Source: a candidate division WS6 bacterium GW2011_GWF2_39_15
GTDB taxonomy: Bacteria; Patescibacteriota; Dojkabacteria; SC72
DNA length: 64,000 nucleotides
NCBI GenBank assembly: GCA_000993565.1
Contig: LBWK01000001.1
Span: 300,208 to 364,207 of the forward strand
Direction: 5' to 3'
Made by a program: the position numbers and the translations under genes. The notes under the pieces are model-generated. The model did not search any database. It was not told the DNA's origin and worked only from the letters and a program-made list of their open reading frames with translations. Below are positions 1 to 11,680 of this stretch, in pieces. Positions within the stretch are counted from its first letter, which is position 1. Each line of letters begins with the position of its first letter.

Positions 1-972
1 TCTTCTCGTCCACAGGAATAATCAAAGATAATATCTCCTCCTTTGATATAGAAGGATTAAACTGTCTTAACCAATTTATAATATAACTGACAGATTCTTT
101 GATCGGAGTGAGTCTATCACCTTGAGTCATTAGTATACGGGGCATAACACTCGGTTTACCGGGATACTTATCCTTTCTTCCCAATTCTTTGCACTTTGCA
201 ACAAAAGACTTCCAGTTAAGGGATTGCTCTTCACCATGAACATCAAGAAACGGGCTTACAAACTTCCCAACATATACTCCGGTAATACCTTTTGCAAAGC
301 TATATACAACTTTTGGTAGTATGTTTACAAATCTATCTCCAACGCCATTGAGTATATTAATTGCTGTAAATGTATTAATACCCCTTTCTTTAACAGCAGG
401 ATTAGATGCGTATACCTTATATCCCTCTTGGCACAAACTCAACGCAGCCTCTGCCCCTGAAGAGTGACCAACTATAACTGTCTTTTCGGGAGCCCCCCCC
501 ATATACTTGAGCACTATTTTCATCAATTTCTGATACTCCTCACTGCTGACATTTTCCTCACTGGCAGATCCTTCTTTTAGATTGGATCCCCCGAATCCGG
601 GGCAGTCCAGACCTAATGCAAGCCATTTCTTGCTAACCGGCTCAAGGTTTTTACCCAAGCTCGATACGAAAGAATTACCTGAGTCCCACGTCTTGCGATT
701 GGAGGCTAATCCTCCAGCAAGGACAAAACCGCATTCATTAAAAGATTCCTGAATCTCTCCGCTATCTCCCTCCGTCTTTCCCCATGCGTGCAGAGTTAAA
801 CCTTCATATTTATTCAGAAATTCCTTTTCTTCAGTAGGGAGAGGGGCATTCTCCGTATTTATCTTTAGGCTCCATTCTCGAAGACCATCTTTCCTCTGTT
901 TATCTTTTATTTCTTCCACCTCTATTCCGCGATCCTTCCAGGATAGATTTTCTAATGGGATATCTGGATTCA
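1..972 (-). CDS. alpha/beta-hydrolase fold protein (partial, C-terminus beyond window start); paralog of the N-terminal half of the 2107..3984 product
   Basis: Reverse-strand translation from the ATG at 970-972 gives MNPDIPLENLSWKDRGIEVEEIKDK...GLDCPGFGGS...VGHSSGAEA (a GxSxG nucleophile elbow). It is collinear and ~50% identical to the N-terminus of the 2107..3984 protein. Confidence 0.6.
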
Positions 973-1073
973 TATAACGGTATTATACATAAATATTCAG
1001 GATCTTCCATCAGTGTCTCATTTATCCTTTCAAACGATTTATGATACTCTATGTATAATTAGCGTTCATAAAA

Positions 1074-1430
1074 ATGACAAAACCAAAAGAGAATAGTAAC
1101 AATCTCAAGACATTGATAATTGTCGCCGCTATTGTTGTAATAGTCCCCGTTCTTGCCTTAGGGGGGTTGTATCTATACTCCCAATTTCAAATGAATAGAT
1201 TAAAGTCCAATGGTAATTCGAACACTACAGATTTCTGTGCCAGTGTATGGATGCCCTTTGTTACATGTAAAGAAGGGTATACACAAGGATGCGTATACAA
1301 AGACTGCAAATGTGATGACCAAAGAGAGCTAAAAAATATACGTGTAGATGGATGTATTAAAGAGAATGATACCAATACACAGTATTCACTAGATGGAGTG
1401 TGTAAGAAAGCCTGCAAACAAACGGAGTAA
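1074..1430 (+). CDS. small membrane-anchored Cys-rich protein (N-terminal TM helix, 8 Cys in the C-terminal ~60 aa)
   Basis: The ORF has a hydrophobic segment LKTLIIVAAIVVIVPVLALGGLYLY followed by a C-rich domain; no recognisable family. Confidence 0.4.
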   Translation: MTKPKENSNNLKTLIIVAAIVVIVPVLALGGLYLYSQFQMNRLKSNGNSNTTDFCASVWMPFVTCKEGYTQGCVYKDCKCDDQRELKNIRVDGCIKENDTNTQYSLDGVCKKACKQTE

Positions 1431-1503
1431 TGTTTTTTGTAGAAACCTTCCCCTTATATCCTGTATACTTCTAAGACGTTATGTAAAATAAACAAACTTA
1501 AAT

Positions 1504-2100
1504 ATGCTCAAGCAGAAAACACTCGTACTTTTCAAACCTGATGTTGTACAAAGACAAATAGTAGGGGAGATCCTTACAAGATTTGAACGGAAGGGCTTTA
1601 AAATAGTTGGAATGAAGATGGTACTCCCTACGGAGAGTCTTGCAAAAGAACACTACGAAACTACAGATGAACAGATAATTGGAATGGGAAATAAAACAAT
1701 TGTACTTGCTCAGGAACACGGAGAAGATACAAGCAAAATGGATGCACGGGAGATAGGTCTAAAGGTATGGCAAAGAAATGTTGACTATCTAAGCTGCGGC
1801 CCAATATTAGCTATAGTGATGCAAGGACCGCACATAATAGAGTCAGTGAGGAAAATGATTGGAGTTACGAATCCGTTTATGGCTGATGTAGGGACAATTA
1901 GAGCTGATTATTCACCTGATTCAATTACACTCTCATCAAGTAGCGATAGAACAACAAGGACTATGCTACATGCATCAGACAGCGAAAAAAGTGCTCAGAG
2001 AGAAATAGCTCTCTGGTTTAAAAAGGGAGAGATTTTCGAGTACGAGACGGCAATTGAGAAGGTTCTTTTTGATGTAAGCTGGAGTTTGAAGCGTAAATAA
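1504..2100 (+). CDS. ndk: nucleoside diphosphate kinase with a ~50-aa internal insertion
   Basis: N-terminal LVLFKPDVVQR..GEILTRFERKGFKIVGMK and the C-terminal active-site region TMLHASDSEKSAQREIALWF match the NDK signature (catalytic His in 'HASDS'). It is 198 aa against the usual ~140-150. Confidence 0.85.
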   Translation: MLKQKTLVLFKPDVVQRQIVGEILTRFERKGFKIVGMKMVLPTESLAKEHYETTDEQIIGMGNKTIVLAQEHGEDTSKMDAREIGLKVWQRNVDYLSCGPILAIVMQGPHIIESVRKMIGVTNPFMADVGTIRADYSPDSITLSSSSDRTTRTMLHASDSEKSAQREIALWFKKGEIFEYETAIEKVLFDVSWSLKRK

Positions 2101-2106
2101 AGCTTA

Positions 2107-3984
2107 TTATTTGCTATATCTTGATTGCATTAATTTGTTTTTAGCCTCTGCTACTTGAGCAATCTGCTGAAAACCAACGGCTGTACAGATCTTCAAATCT
2201 TCTTTCGCACTTATAAAGCTATCGAAGAACTTACTAAATTTGAAAGATGTTAAATGATGTGCATACATAACAACTAACTGCATAACAATCTCATCTCTTA
2301 CTTTCAAGAAAAAGCTATCTACTAAATCGTCAGTCGGTTCCATTCCTTCTTTCTTCCCAATTACTTTCAATGTGCCTTCTTTGGCCAACTCCGCAAATAT
2401 GGGATGAAGCGAAGTCGCCAAAAAGGTACTTTCACCATCAAAATCGGCACTATAACGGTCAAAAAACCGGACAATGTTTTTCATCTCATTTGCGACAAAC
2501 TCAGGTTCATTTCCAACCTCCACTTTATTTCTTTCGAGTAAGAAAGGGTGAGCTAATACTCTAGTAATTATTGGTTCGATAGCACTCGTAGGGAGCGTTA
2601 CTAAATAGTCATCAAATTGCGGATCTCCGCTATGGGAAGGTATCAGAACCTTATCAAGTTTAGAAAGCTCTTCAGACAAATTAGCAAATGTCTCTAGAGA
2701 GTATGTGATGAATCCGAGCTCCTTAATTCTACTGTTTGAATATTTTATCTCATCCAGTACTCTCTCGTTAAGTTTCAATCCTTGTGCATAATCATCAAGA
2801 AGTGAACTTATTAATCCATTAGAAGCCAAAACAGGGACTTTAAAGTCTTTTTTACCTTTCTTTAAAGCTACATAATCAGTCATACTTCCGGTAACCGCTT
2901 CCGCCACATTATCATCCTCATACATCCCATTATGCCCAACACTCTTTGATAACTCTTCGCTTATCGGGATAATCGTTCTCAAGATTCTCTCCTTTAGACT
3001 ATTACTATCCGTAAACCTGGAAAACCAATCACATATAACGGGGATTGACTCAACAATCGGAGTTAGTTTATCGCCCTGGGCTAGAAGTAAAGTAGGTTCT
3101 ACTGTCGGAGCAATTTTAAGAGGAGAATCGATAAGTTCCAACTCTTTTGATTTATAAACAAACGCCTTCCAAAAAAGCTTTTCCTGTCTAGAGTGAATTC
3201 CTAGCATTTCACCACCAAATTTCCCTAAATACAAAGCAGTGATTCCCACAGCAAAAGGATGAACAATAATAGAAGCGGCAGGAATTCTTTGAACACTATC
3301 ACCAATACCATTTAAAGCATTAATATTTTTGAATGCATTTTCTTCAGAATTTTTAACGGCCGGGTTACACGAAAACACTTTATATCCTTTGGTGCTAAAT
3401 GGCAGCACCGCTTCCGCTCCTGAGGAGTGACCTACTAGAACCGTACTCTTATCATCTGGATTTAAAACTTTTAAAGCTATTGATATTAGCTTTTGATAAT
3501 CTTCACTACTTACATTTTCTACACTTTCTAACCCCTTTTTAAGTGCTGAGCCGCCGAATCCCGGGCAGTCAATTGCAACTCCCATCCACTTTCCGGCAAT
3601 TGGATCAAGTTTTCTTCCTAATCTTGTTACGAACGAGTTTTTCTTTGTATCCCACACTTCATAGTTTGAAGCCAGTCCACCGGCAAAAAGAAGTCCGCAA
3701 TTCATAAAAGCCTCATGCATTTCTTCTATTCCACCTTCAACATTGCCCCAGGCATGAAAGGATAAATCGTCATACTTCTTAAGAAATTCTCTTTCTTCTT
3801 CACTTAAATTAGAGTTCTCAGCATCTATCCTTAGTTTCCATTCTTGTAGACCATCACTTCTTTCTTTATCTTTTATTTCCTCCACAATTAATCCGCGAGC
3901 TTTCCACACAGGGACATTTGAACCCTCAAAGTTTGATGATGAACTGGCTGGATAAATAGAATCTTGTGAATTGTTTTCAGTCAT
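2107..3984 (-). CDS. alpha/beta-hydrolase (esterase/lipase-like, GHSSG motif) with a ~320-aa C-terminal domain of unknown function
   Basis: GLDxPGFGGS and VGHSSGAEA motifs are present; paralogous to the 1..972 product. Confidence 0.6.
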   Translation of the reverse strand: MTENNSQDSIYPASSSSNFEGSNVPVWKARGLIVEEIKDKERSDGLQEWKLRIDAENSNLSEEEREFLKKYDDLSFHAWGNVEGGIEEMHEAFMNCGLLFAGGLASNYEVWDTKKNSFVTRLGRKLDPIAGKWMGVAIDCPGFGGSALKKGLESVENVSSEDYQKLISIALKVLNPDDKSTVLVGHSSGAEAVLPFSTKGYKVFSCNPAVKNSEENAFKNINALNGIGDSVQRIPAASIIVHPFAVGITALYLGKFGGEMLGIHSRQEKLFWKAFVYKSKELELIDSPLKIAPTVEPTLLLAQGDKLTPIVESIPVICDWFSRFTDSNSLKERILRTIIPISEELSKSVGHNGMYEDDNVAEAVTGSMTDYVALKKGKKDFKVPVLASNGLISSLLDDYAQGLKLNERVLDEIKYSNSRIKELGFITYSLETFANLSEELSKLDKVLIPSHSGDPQFDDYLVTLPTSAIEPIITRVLAHPFLLERNKVEVGNEPEFVANEMKNIVRFFDRYSADFDGESTFLATSLHPIFAELAKEGTLKVIGKKEGMEPTDDLVDSFFLKVRDEIVMQLVVMYAHHLTSFKFSKFFDSFISAKEDLKICTAVGFQQIAQVAEAKNKLMQSRYSK

Positions 3985-4116
3985 ATGTAATACGGATTCT
4001 GTGTATTTCTATCTTGATTATACACAATGACTTTAAAGCCACAAGGGAGAGTTATTATCAGCTATTTAAGTTTCACCATAGAGTAGGGGAGTTTCATACA
4101 TCATCTTTAGTAATAG

Positions 4117-4200
4117 ATTGGAATGGAAAATAAAACTATTATACTTGCACAGGGATATGGAGAAGATACTTCCAAAATGAATGCAACAGAAACCGCTGAT
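4117..4200 (+). pseudogene. decayed ndk fragment (remnant of the duplicated insertion-region segment of ndk)
   Basis: Nucleotides 4117-4200 (ggaatggaaaataaaactattatacttgcacagggatatggagaagatac...) align at ~75% with ndk 1678-1760. The encoded MENKTIILAQGYGEDTSKMNATE matches MGNKTIVLAQEHGEDTSKMDARE; the ORF track extends it in-frame to a stop at 4317 (64 aa), but only the first ~23 aa match ndk, so no intact ndk is encoded. Confidence 0.55.
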
Positions 4201-4498
4201 CATCTATTACTTAAAGGGCATCATATTTCGATTAGGTATTTAACTCGACTCCTGGAGAATTTTCTGAAGTATCACTATTTAGCCAAAGCGTTTTACACAG
4301 AAATGAGACCGTCGTAATCTCGCTATCACTCTTTGCAAAAGTGAAAGAGGCGGTATCATCTAAATATATCTGGTCGAAAAGCATCCCACTTTCATCATAC
4401 ACCCTATTTACTGCGTAGTTACTTTCTTCCTCAACTTCTATAATTCCATGGACTATAATATATCTATCTCCATCCCATACCATCGTAGCATATGAATA

Positions 4499-4720
4499 TT
4501 ATTTACCAACGTTAATATAACCCCGGGACTCCATATTAAAGGCACAAACTTCAGGTGATTCAGTGGGCTGAACTCTCAAGTCTTGATTTGTTGAAGACTT
4601 GCACCCTGAAAGAGCCAGACCTAAAATAAGAAATGGAATCGCAAACTGTTTTTTCATAGCGCATATTATATCATAGTTTATTCCAAAATCCTGTTCTACA
4701 AAGCAAAAAATAGCTAACAA
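4499..4720 (-). CDS. small lipoprotein (signal peptide + lipobox LSGC)
   Basis: MKKQFAIPFLILGLALSGCKSS has the n-h-c regions and Cys of a type II signal peptide. Confidence 0.4.
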   Translation of the reverse strand: MLAIFCFVEQDFGINYDIICAMKKQFAIPFLILGLALSGCKSSTNQDLRVQPTESPEVCAFNMESRGYINVGK

Positions 4721-4839
4721 AAAGCAAAGAAATGGGTGTAGTGATTAGAAGCCGTTTCACAAAGCGGAGGAGGTTTCATAATGCTTTATGTTTAACAGTC
4801 TTGGAGTTATACTAAGCGATAATTTATATACAAAACACT

Positions 4840-5316
4840 ATGGATAGCCAGGAATTAAAGTCACTTGTATCAAACTACCTCTCAACTCAGAAACTCATGT
4901 CACTTGCTACTTTTTCCGATACTCCATGGATCGCAAATCTATATTATGTTCATGATAGTGATTTAAATCTATACTTTGTGAGCAAAGCATGGAGAGAACA
5001 CTCAAAAGCTATAGATATCAATCCTAATGTTGCAGTCGCAATTGCAGATTCACATCAGCCTATATATCTCCCTCAGAAAGGAATTCAGTTGCATGGAACG
5101 GCCCAAAAGATTAAAAGTATTAAAAAACTGGAGTGGATGTTTAATATGTGGAATAAGCTGATAACGGAAGGGCAGGGCGAGAAGATGGAAGATCCTAAGA
5201 AGTTCATAGACGCAGCCGTTTCAAATGTATATAAGATCTCACCTAAAAGAATAAAGTTCTTCAACACACAGCTATGGCCGAAAGAGCAGTTTCAGATATT
5301 GGATTTAGCTGATTAA
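4840..5316 (+). CDS. pyridoxamine 5'-phosphate oxidase-like FMN-binding family protein (general stress protein 26-like)
   Basis: Size and the N-terminal pattern ..LMSLATFSDTPWIANLYYVHD..LYFVS are typical of the PNPOx-like split-barrel family; weak. Confidence 0.4.
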   Translation: MDSQELKSLVSNYLSTQKLMSLATFSDTPWIANLYYVHDSDLNLYFVSKAWREHSKAIDINPNVAVAIADSHQPIYLPQKGIQLHGTAQKIKSIKKLEWMFNMWNKLITEGQGEKMEDPKKFIDAAVSNVYKISPKRIKFFNTQLWPKEQFQILDLAD

Positions 5317-5373
5317 TTTCTATATTCTCTCCTTAAAAAAAACATTTCATTTAAATGTTAGAATGTCAATGAG

Positions 5374-5970
5374 ATGCAGATTACAGACACAAATCAAAAA
5401 TCATTCACACTTCCGACACGACTATCATCAAAAGCTCGCGCCCGCTCTTTAACCACCACCATTATCGCTGTCATCGTGCTTATACTCGCATACTCTTTTA
5501 ATATCACCAATCCGGAAAGCCAGCCCGGTGTAAAATCCGCACAAGATTTCAGTATTGATGAGAACAAGTTCTACGAGGTAACAAAGGTAGTAGACGGAGA
5601 TACAATAAAAGTATCTGAATTAGGAACTTTAAGAATGATCGGGATTGATACGCCAGAGATTGTAGATCCGCGAAAACCTGTTGAATGTTTTGGTAGGGAG
5701 GCCTCAGATAAAGCCAAGGATCTTTTATTAGGTAAGAAAGTAAGGTTGGAAGTAGATAATTCACAGGAGAGAATAGACAGGTATGACAGACTGCTTGTTT
5801 ATGTCTATACAAAAGACGGGCTTTTCTTCAATCAGGAGATGATCAGACAGGGGTATGCACACGAATATACGTATTCAGTACCCTACAAATACCAGATTGA
5901 TTTCAGAAATGCACAAAGAGATGCACAGGAGAATAATAGGGGCTTGTGGGGAGCAAAGTGCAATAATTGA
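5374..5970 (+). CDS. thermonuclease (staphylococcal nuclease-like), membrane-anchored/secreted
   Basis: VVDGDTIKV...LRMIGIDTPE...ERIDRYDRLLVYV...GLW is the SNase motif set; an N-terminal TM helix is present. Confidence 0.75.
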   Translation: MQITDTNQKSFTLPTRLSSKARARSLTTTIIAVIVLILAYSFNITNPESQPGVKSAQDFSIDENKFYEVTKVVDGDTIKVSELGTLRMIGIDTPEIVDPRKPVECFGREASDKAKDLLLGKKVRLEVDNSQERIDRYDRLLVYVYTKDGLFFNQEMIRQGYAHEYTYSVPYKYQIDFRNAQRDAQENNRGLWGAKCNN

Positions 5971-6064
5971 ACCGTAACATTTGCCTTCCCCGTATCATGA
6001 TAGTAGAATGTATTAGCGATATAAAACATAGGCTTTAGATATATAAATTATTATCTAAAAACAT

Positions 6065-6538
6065 ATGCTACTTAACAGTCCTTCAATTATTCACGATAGT
6101 GAGATCCCACCCCAATACACTTGTGATGGAGAGAACATCAACCCGCCTTTTACAATCTCCTATGTACCGCAAAATGCACAAAGCCTGGTCTTTCTTGTCG
6201 AAGACCCGGATGCCCCTGCAGGACTATGGGTACACTGGATGATATGGAATATGGATCCTAAAATGACAGAGATAAGAGAAGGTGAAGTACCAAAAGGAGC
6301 TGTCGGAATGAACTCGGGAATGACCAATGACTGGTATCCTATATGCCCTCCAGAAGGAGAACATCGATATCACTTCAAACTCTTCGCTTTAGATACAATG
6401 CTGGAACTGGATGAGAAAACCGTAACAAGAGAAGACCTTCTTGCTGCAATGGAAGATCATATTGTTGCAAAAGCAGAGTTAGTTGGGAGATATACGAAAG
6501 CTGAAAATAAAGTTACTTTGGAACAGCCCACGACCTAG
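6065..6538 (+). CDS. YbhB/YbcL-family phosphatidylethanolamine-binding protein (PEBP)
   Basis: The HRYHFKLFALD motif and the DPDAP motif are present. Confidence 0.75.
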   Translation: MLLNSPSIIHDSEIPPQYTCDGENINPPFTISYVPQNAQSLVFLVEDPDAPAGLWVHWMIWNMDPKMTEIREGEVPKGAVGMNSGMTNDWYPICPPEGEHRYHFKLFALDTMLELDEKTVTREDLLAAMEDHIVAKAELVGRYTKAENKVTLEQPTT

Positions 6539-6611
6539 TCCTTACTCTGTAGCGACAAACTGTAGATATTTTAGTGCTATACTTTGTATAGTAATATCAT
6601 TTTGAACTTGT

Positions 6612-7184
6612 TTGGAAACTGAAAATCCTCAATATATACTACTCATGAAAGCCGGCCCATACTGCGGATACACTCTCCCTGAGATTATTGAGATAAAGCA
6701 GAAAGAAGAGAAGAAGACCGGAAAATTCTTCTGGGGATATAGCGGAGTTTTTTGTCATCCAAAAACACTGCAAAACTTTGTTCTTCAATCTATATCAAAT
6801 AGCAAAAAGGTATATATCCTGCTCACCGAAACGAAGTCCTCATTTGAAACTCCAAAGGTTGAACAGTTCACAAAGTATTCTACAGATACTAACCACTGGT
6901 TAAATCTACCTGAAGAAATCCTCCTGGTTGGCAATAAATCCAGACCTCACTTTGCAATAACGGGAAACAAATTACATGCTGTAGAGATGAATCTGGATAT
7001 AAGCCAATACTGTCTGTTGAATGGTTTACTAATAAACAAGGACCGATATCTAAACAACTACTTTAAATACAGAGTAGACAAAGCCTGCGGTTACTATTCC
7101 CCAAGAGAAGACTATACAGAAAAGATAATAAAAGTGAACTATCTAGCAGAACTGGTTTCTCCATACTCAATCTATATAAAGTGA
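6612..7184 (+). CDS. hypothetical protein
   Basis: Long ORF in coding-like context; no recognisable motifs. Confidence 0.35.
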   Translation: METENPQYILLMKAGPYCGYTLPEIIEIKQKEEKKTGKFFWGYSGVFCHPKTLQNFVLQSISNSKKVYILLTETKSSFETPKVEQFTKYSTDTNHWLNLPEEILLVGNKSRPHFAITGNKLHAVEMNLDISQYCLLNGLLINKDRYLNNYFKYRVDKACGYYSPREDYTEKIIKVNYLAELVSPYSIYIK

Positions 7185-7289
7185 GGTGAATCAACATTTG
7201 GGTGGTTTTTGATCTTTACCCACAACTCCTCTACTCTCACAAGATATTGCCCTACTTCTAATTGATCCCTTTTATCCTTCGGAGTATAA

Positions 7290-7721
7290 TTGCATATTTC
7301 ACTGCCAATAAATTATAAAACAAGTCAAATGGCGGATACCTCACAGGTCGCAATACAAGACCACGAAGGAACTAGCGAAAGCCCTGCAGTCGCAGAGGCA
7401 AAAAAGGCTCTTAGAAAGTGGGGCGTAGAATTAGAAGAGACTGAAATAACCATACAGACTGTTGGTGATGTAAATGCTCTAAACCAAGGAGAGTTCTTCT
7501 TCAGCTCTAGTTCATACAGAAATTTAGTCCTTGCTTTAAAAGAAGGCCCAGATGGTATATCCGTGATAATCGGTGACCCAACACAATATGATCAGGGAGT
7601 GGCAGTACTCCCTTTTAGTGTATTCATAAACTTTATTATGTCGGGAGATATTCTCGTTGAGTGTGGGACGAGTTTTAATGACGTAAACCTAAAAGAATTA
7701 TATCCTACCGTCTATCAATAG
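7290..7721 (+). CDS. hypothetical protein
   Basis: ORF only; no recognisable motifs. Confidence 0.3.
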   Translation: MHISLPINYKTSQMADTSQVAIQDHEGTSESPAVAEAKKALRKWGVELEETEITIQTVGDVNALNQGEFFFSSSSYRNLVLALKEGPDGISVIIGDPTQYDQGVAVLPFSVFINFIMSGDILVECGTSFNDVNLKELYPTVYQ

Positions 7722-7740
7722 ATATCTGACACGATATTAA

Positions 7741-9729
<1,989 letters not shown>

Positions 9730-9766
9730 CCTTTATATTCTTTCCTTACAGGCTTATAATCCCAGT

Positions 9767-10753
9767 ATGCTTCTAACAATACCCGCTACATATCCTGAAC
9801 AGACTGTAATCAAGTACTATCAAACTGTTCAATCTCCTCTGTTTGTAGGTCTGGACTCAGCCGTTCTACTTAAATCCACTGAGAAATACCTCGACACTGT
9901 TAAGCCCTCAGGAATAATACTGCTGGGTAACAATATTGAGAATTATGAACAGACTAAAAAATTGATCTCAGATATAAAAAAATATGCACAGAAAAAAGGT
10001 ATTAGTATAGAGATCTCCATCGATGAAGAAGGAGGGCTTGTTTCAAGATTAAAAAATTTAAACGGATATCCCAGAGACTTTACGGGAATCAGCGATTACA
10101 ATTCGAAAACCGCCTCCAAACAGGCTGACTATATGAAGCAGATTGGAATAAACCTAAACTTAGCACCCGTTGCTGACATCGCGTACAAAAACTCTGTGAT
10201 GACAACCAGAAGTGCAGGAGAGACCTCGGTTAAAGTATCTGAGGTTATTTCATCATATATAGATATTCTTCACGCAAATAATATTGAGAGCTCTGTAAAG
10301 CACTTTCCCGGTCTCGGAAGAACCACCTCTGACACGCATTTCTCTCAAACTACGGTGGGAATAAACTACAGGCAGTGGTTAGTTACAGACTCAATCCCTT
10401 TTAAGACTGCCGTCGATAACGGGACAGATTATGTAATGACAGGACATGTTATTTACAACCAAATAGACTCACTTCCTGCGAGTATATCTCCAAAATGGAC
10501 CGAGATATTAAGAAACGAGCTTCACTTTGAAGGCAGGATTATAACCGACGATTTAAAGATGGTAGGGGTAGGGGAGTATGGAAACACCTATCTATGTAAT
10601 AACAAAAAGAAAGTTTCAGGGAAAGATAAGTATGCTGTCATAATAAAGAAGGCTTTAGATGCAGGAACCAACAACCCTTTGCTCATTCTTAACCAGCAGG
10701 ATACTATCAATGCTACAAAAGATTGGATACTCATTGAAAAAGAGTGTATATAA
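9767..10753 (+). CDS. glycoside hydrolase family 3 N-terminal domain protein (beta-N-acetylhexosaminidase NagZ-like)
   Basis: KHFPGLGRTTSDTHF matches the KHFPGHG motif, with an upstream DEEGG.V.R motif. Confidence 0.7.
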   Translation: MLLTIPATYPEQTVIKYYQTVQSPLFVGLDSAVLLKSTEKYLDTVKPSGIILLGNNIENYEQTKKLISDIKKYAQKKGISIEISIDEEGGLVSRLKNLNGYPRDFTGISDYNSKTASKQADYMKQIGINLNLAPVADIAYKNSVMTTRSAGETSVKVSEVISSYIDILHANNIESSVKHFPGLGRTTSDTHFSQTTVGINYRQWLVTDSIPFKTAVDNGTDYVMTGHVIYNQIDSLPASISPKWTEILRNELHFEGRIITDDLKMVGVGEYGNTYLCNNKKKVSGKDKYAVIIKKALDAGTNNPLLILNQQDTINATKDWILIEKECI

Positions 10754-10789
10754 CAATATAATGAGATATTAATTTGAAAATATCGCACG

Positions 10790-11617
10790 ATGATTAATCT
10801 TGAAAACGCTGTAAAATTCCCCTTTGAGGATAAAGACTGGCTCAAAACAGTCGGGGTATATTTTTTGATCAGTTTAGGACTTGCGATAATAACCTTTGTA
10901 CTTCAGACAACTTTTCAACTTCCTGCAGATATCTTTAATACAATAGCAAAAGAAACTGAGACTGAGTCCTTTAAATATCTTGCAACCAGTACAAACGCCA
11001 TTTCGGCTTTTTTCAATATGATTGTATCTTTGGTTACATTCCCGGTAACCTTGTACCTATCAGGTTATCTCTTTGATGTGGTAGGACATATCATGTATGG
11101 AAAGAAGCCCGAAATCACTCCGCATGGAAATATATGGCAGAGGGTAAAGTTTGGGATTGTGAAGGTGGTAATAGGATTTGTGCTTGGTATGACTTCTCTT
11201 CTGCTCCTTGGATTTCCCATACTTACAGGAGCAGCAGCTGCAATATCGATGGAAAGCATGATTGTAGTGAGCATCCTTTTATGGATTGCGACAGGAGTTC
11301 TTTTCCTTTTATGGCTTTTTACCTGCGTCATAATAGTAAAGTTTGCAATGTACAGCATGGAGTATTTGTATCTATCCGAAGGATTCAAAAATGTCTTTGT
11401 TCTTTCAAAAGTTTCGGCCCTCATTTCCAACAACTGGAAAAAGTATCTTCTCCTTCTTGGGCTTGAGATATTAGGGGCGATAGCAATCTCCCTCTCCTTT
11501 GTCACATGCTGTATGGCCTTCTTTGTATACCCGGCAGTAGCAACCGTTGTAGCATTTGCTTTGGCATACTGTTACGGCACTGTATACAAGGAGATATATA
11601 CCTCTTCTAGGGTTTAA
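10790..11617 (+). CDS. polytopic membrane protein, unknown function
   Basis: Multiple hydrophobic helices. Confidence 0.4.
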   Translation: MINLENAVKFPFEDKDWLKTVGVYFLISLGLAIITFVLQTTFQLPADIFNTIAKETETESFKYLATSTNAISAFFNMIVSLVTFPVTLYLSGYLFDVVGHIMYGKKPEITPHGNIWQRVKFGIVKVVIGFVLGMTSLLLLGFPILTGAAAAISMESMIVVSILLWIATGVLFLLWLFTCVIIVKFAMYSMEYLYLSEGFKNVFVLSKVSALISNNWKKYLLLLGLEILGAIAISLSFVTCCMAFFVYPAVATVVAFALAYCYGTVYKEIYTSSRV

Positions 11618-11680
11618 CAAAACCGCCTTTTTAGGGTATCATGGTTAGACAGGCAACGTATAATTTAGATACTACAAGTT

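Noticed and set aside
1187-1719. Minus-strand ORFs 1187..1417 and 1498..1719 overlapping the small Cys-rich gene and the ndk 5' end
   Set aside because: They are antisense to better-supported genes (ndk is conserved); the translations have no features.
4232-4483. 83-aa ORF on the minus strand downstream of the ndk remnant
   Set aside because: It overlaps the ndk-remnant region, has no RBS or motif, and occupies what is more simply explained as decayed duplicated DNA.
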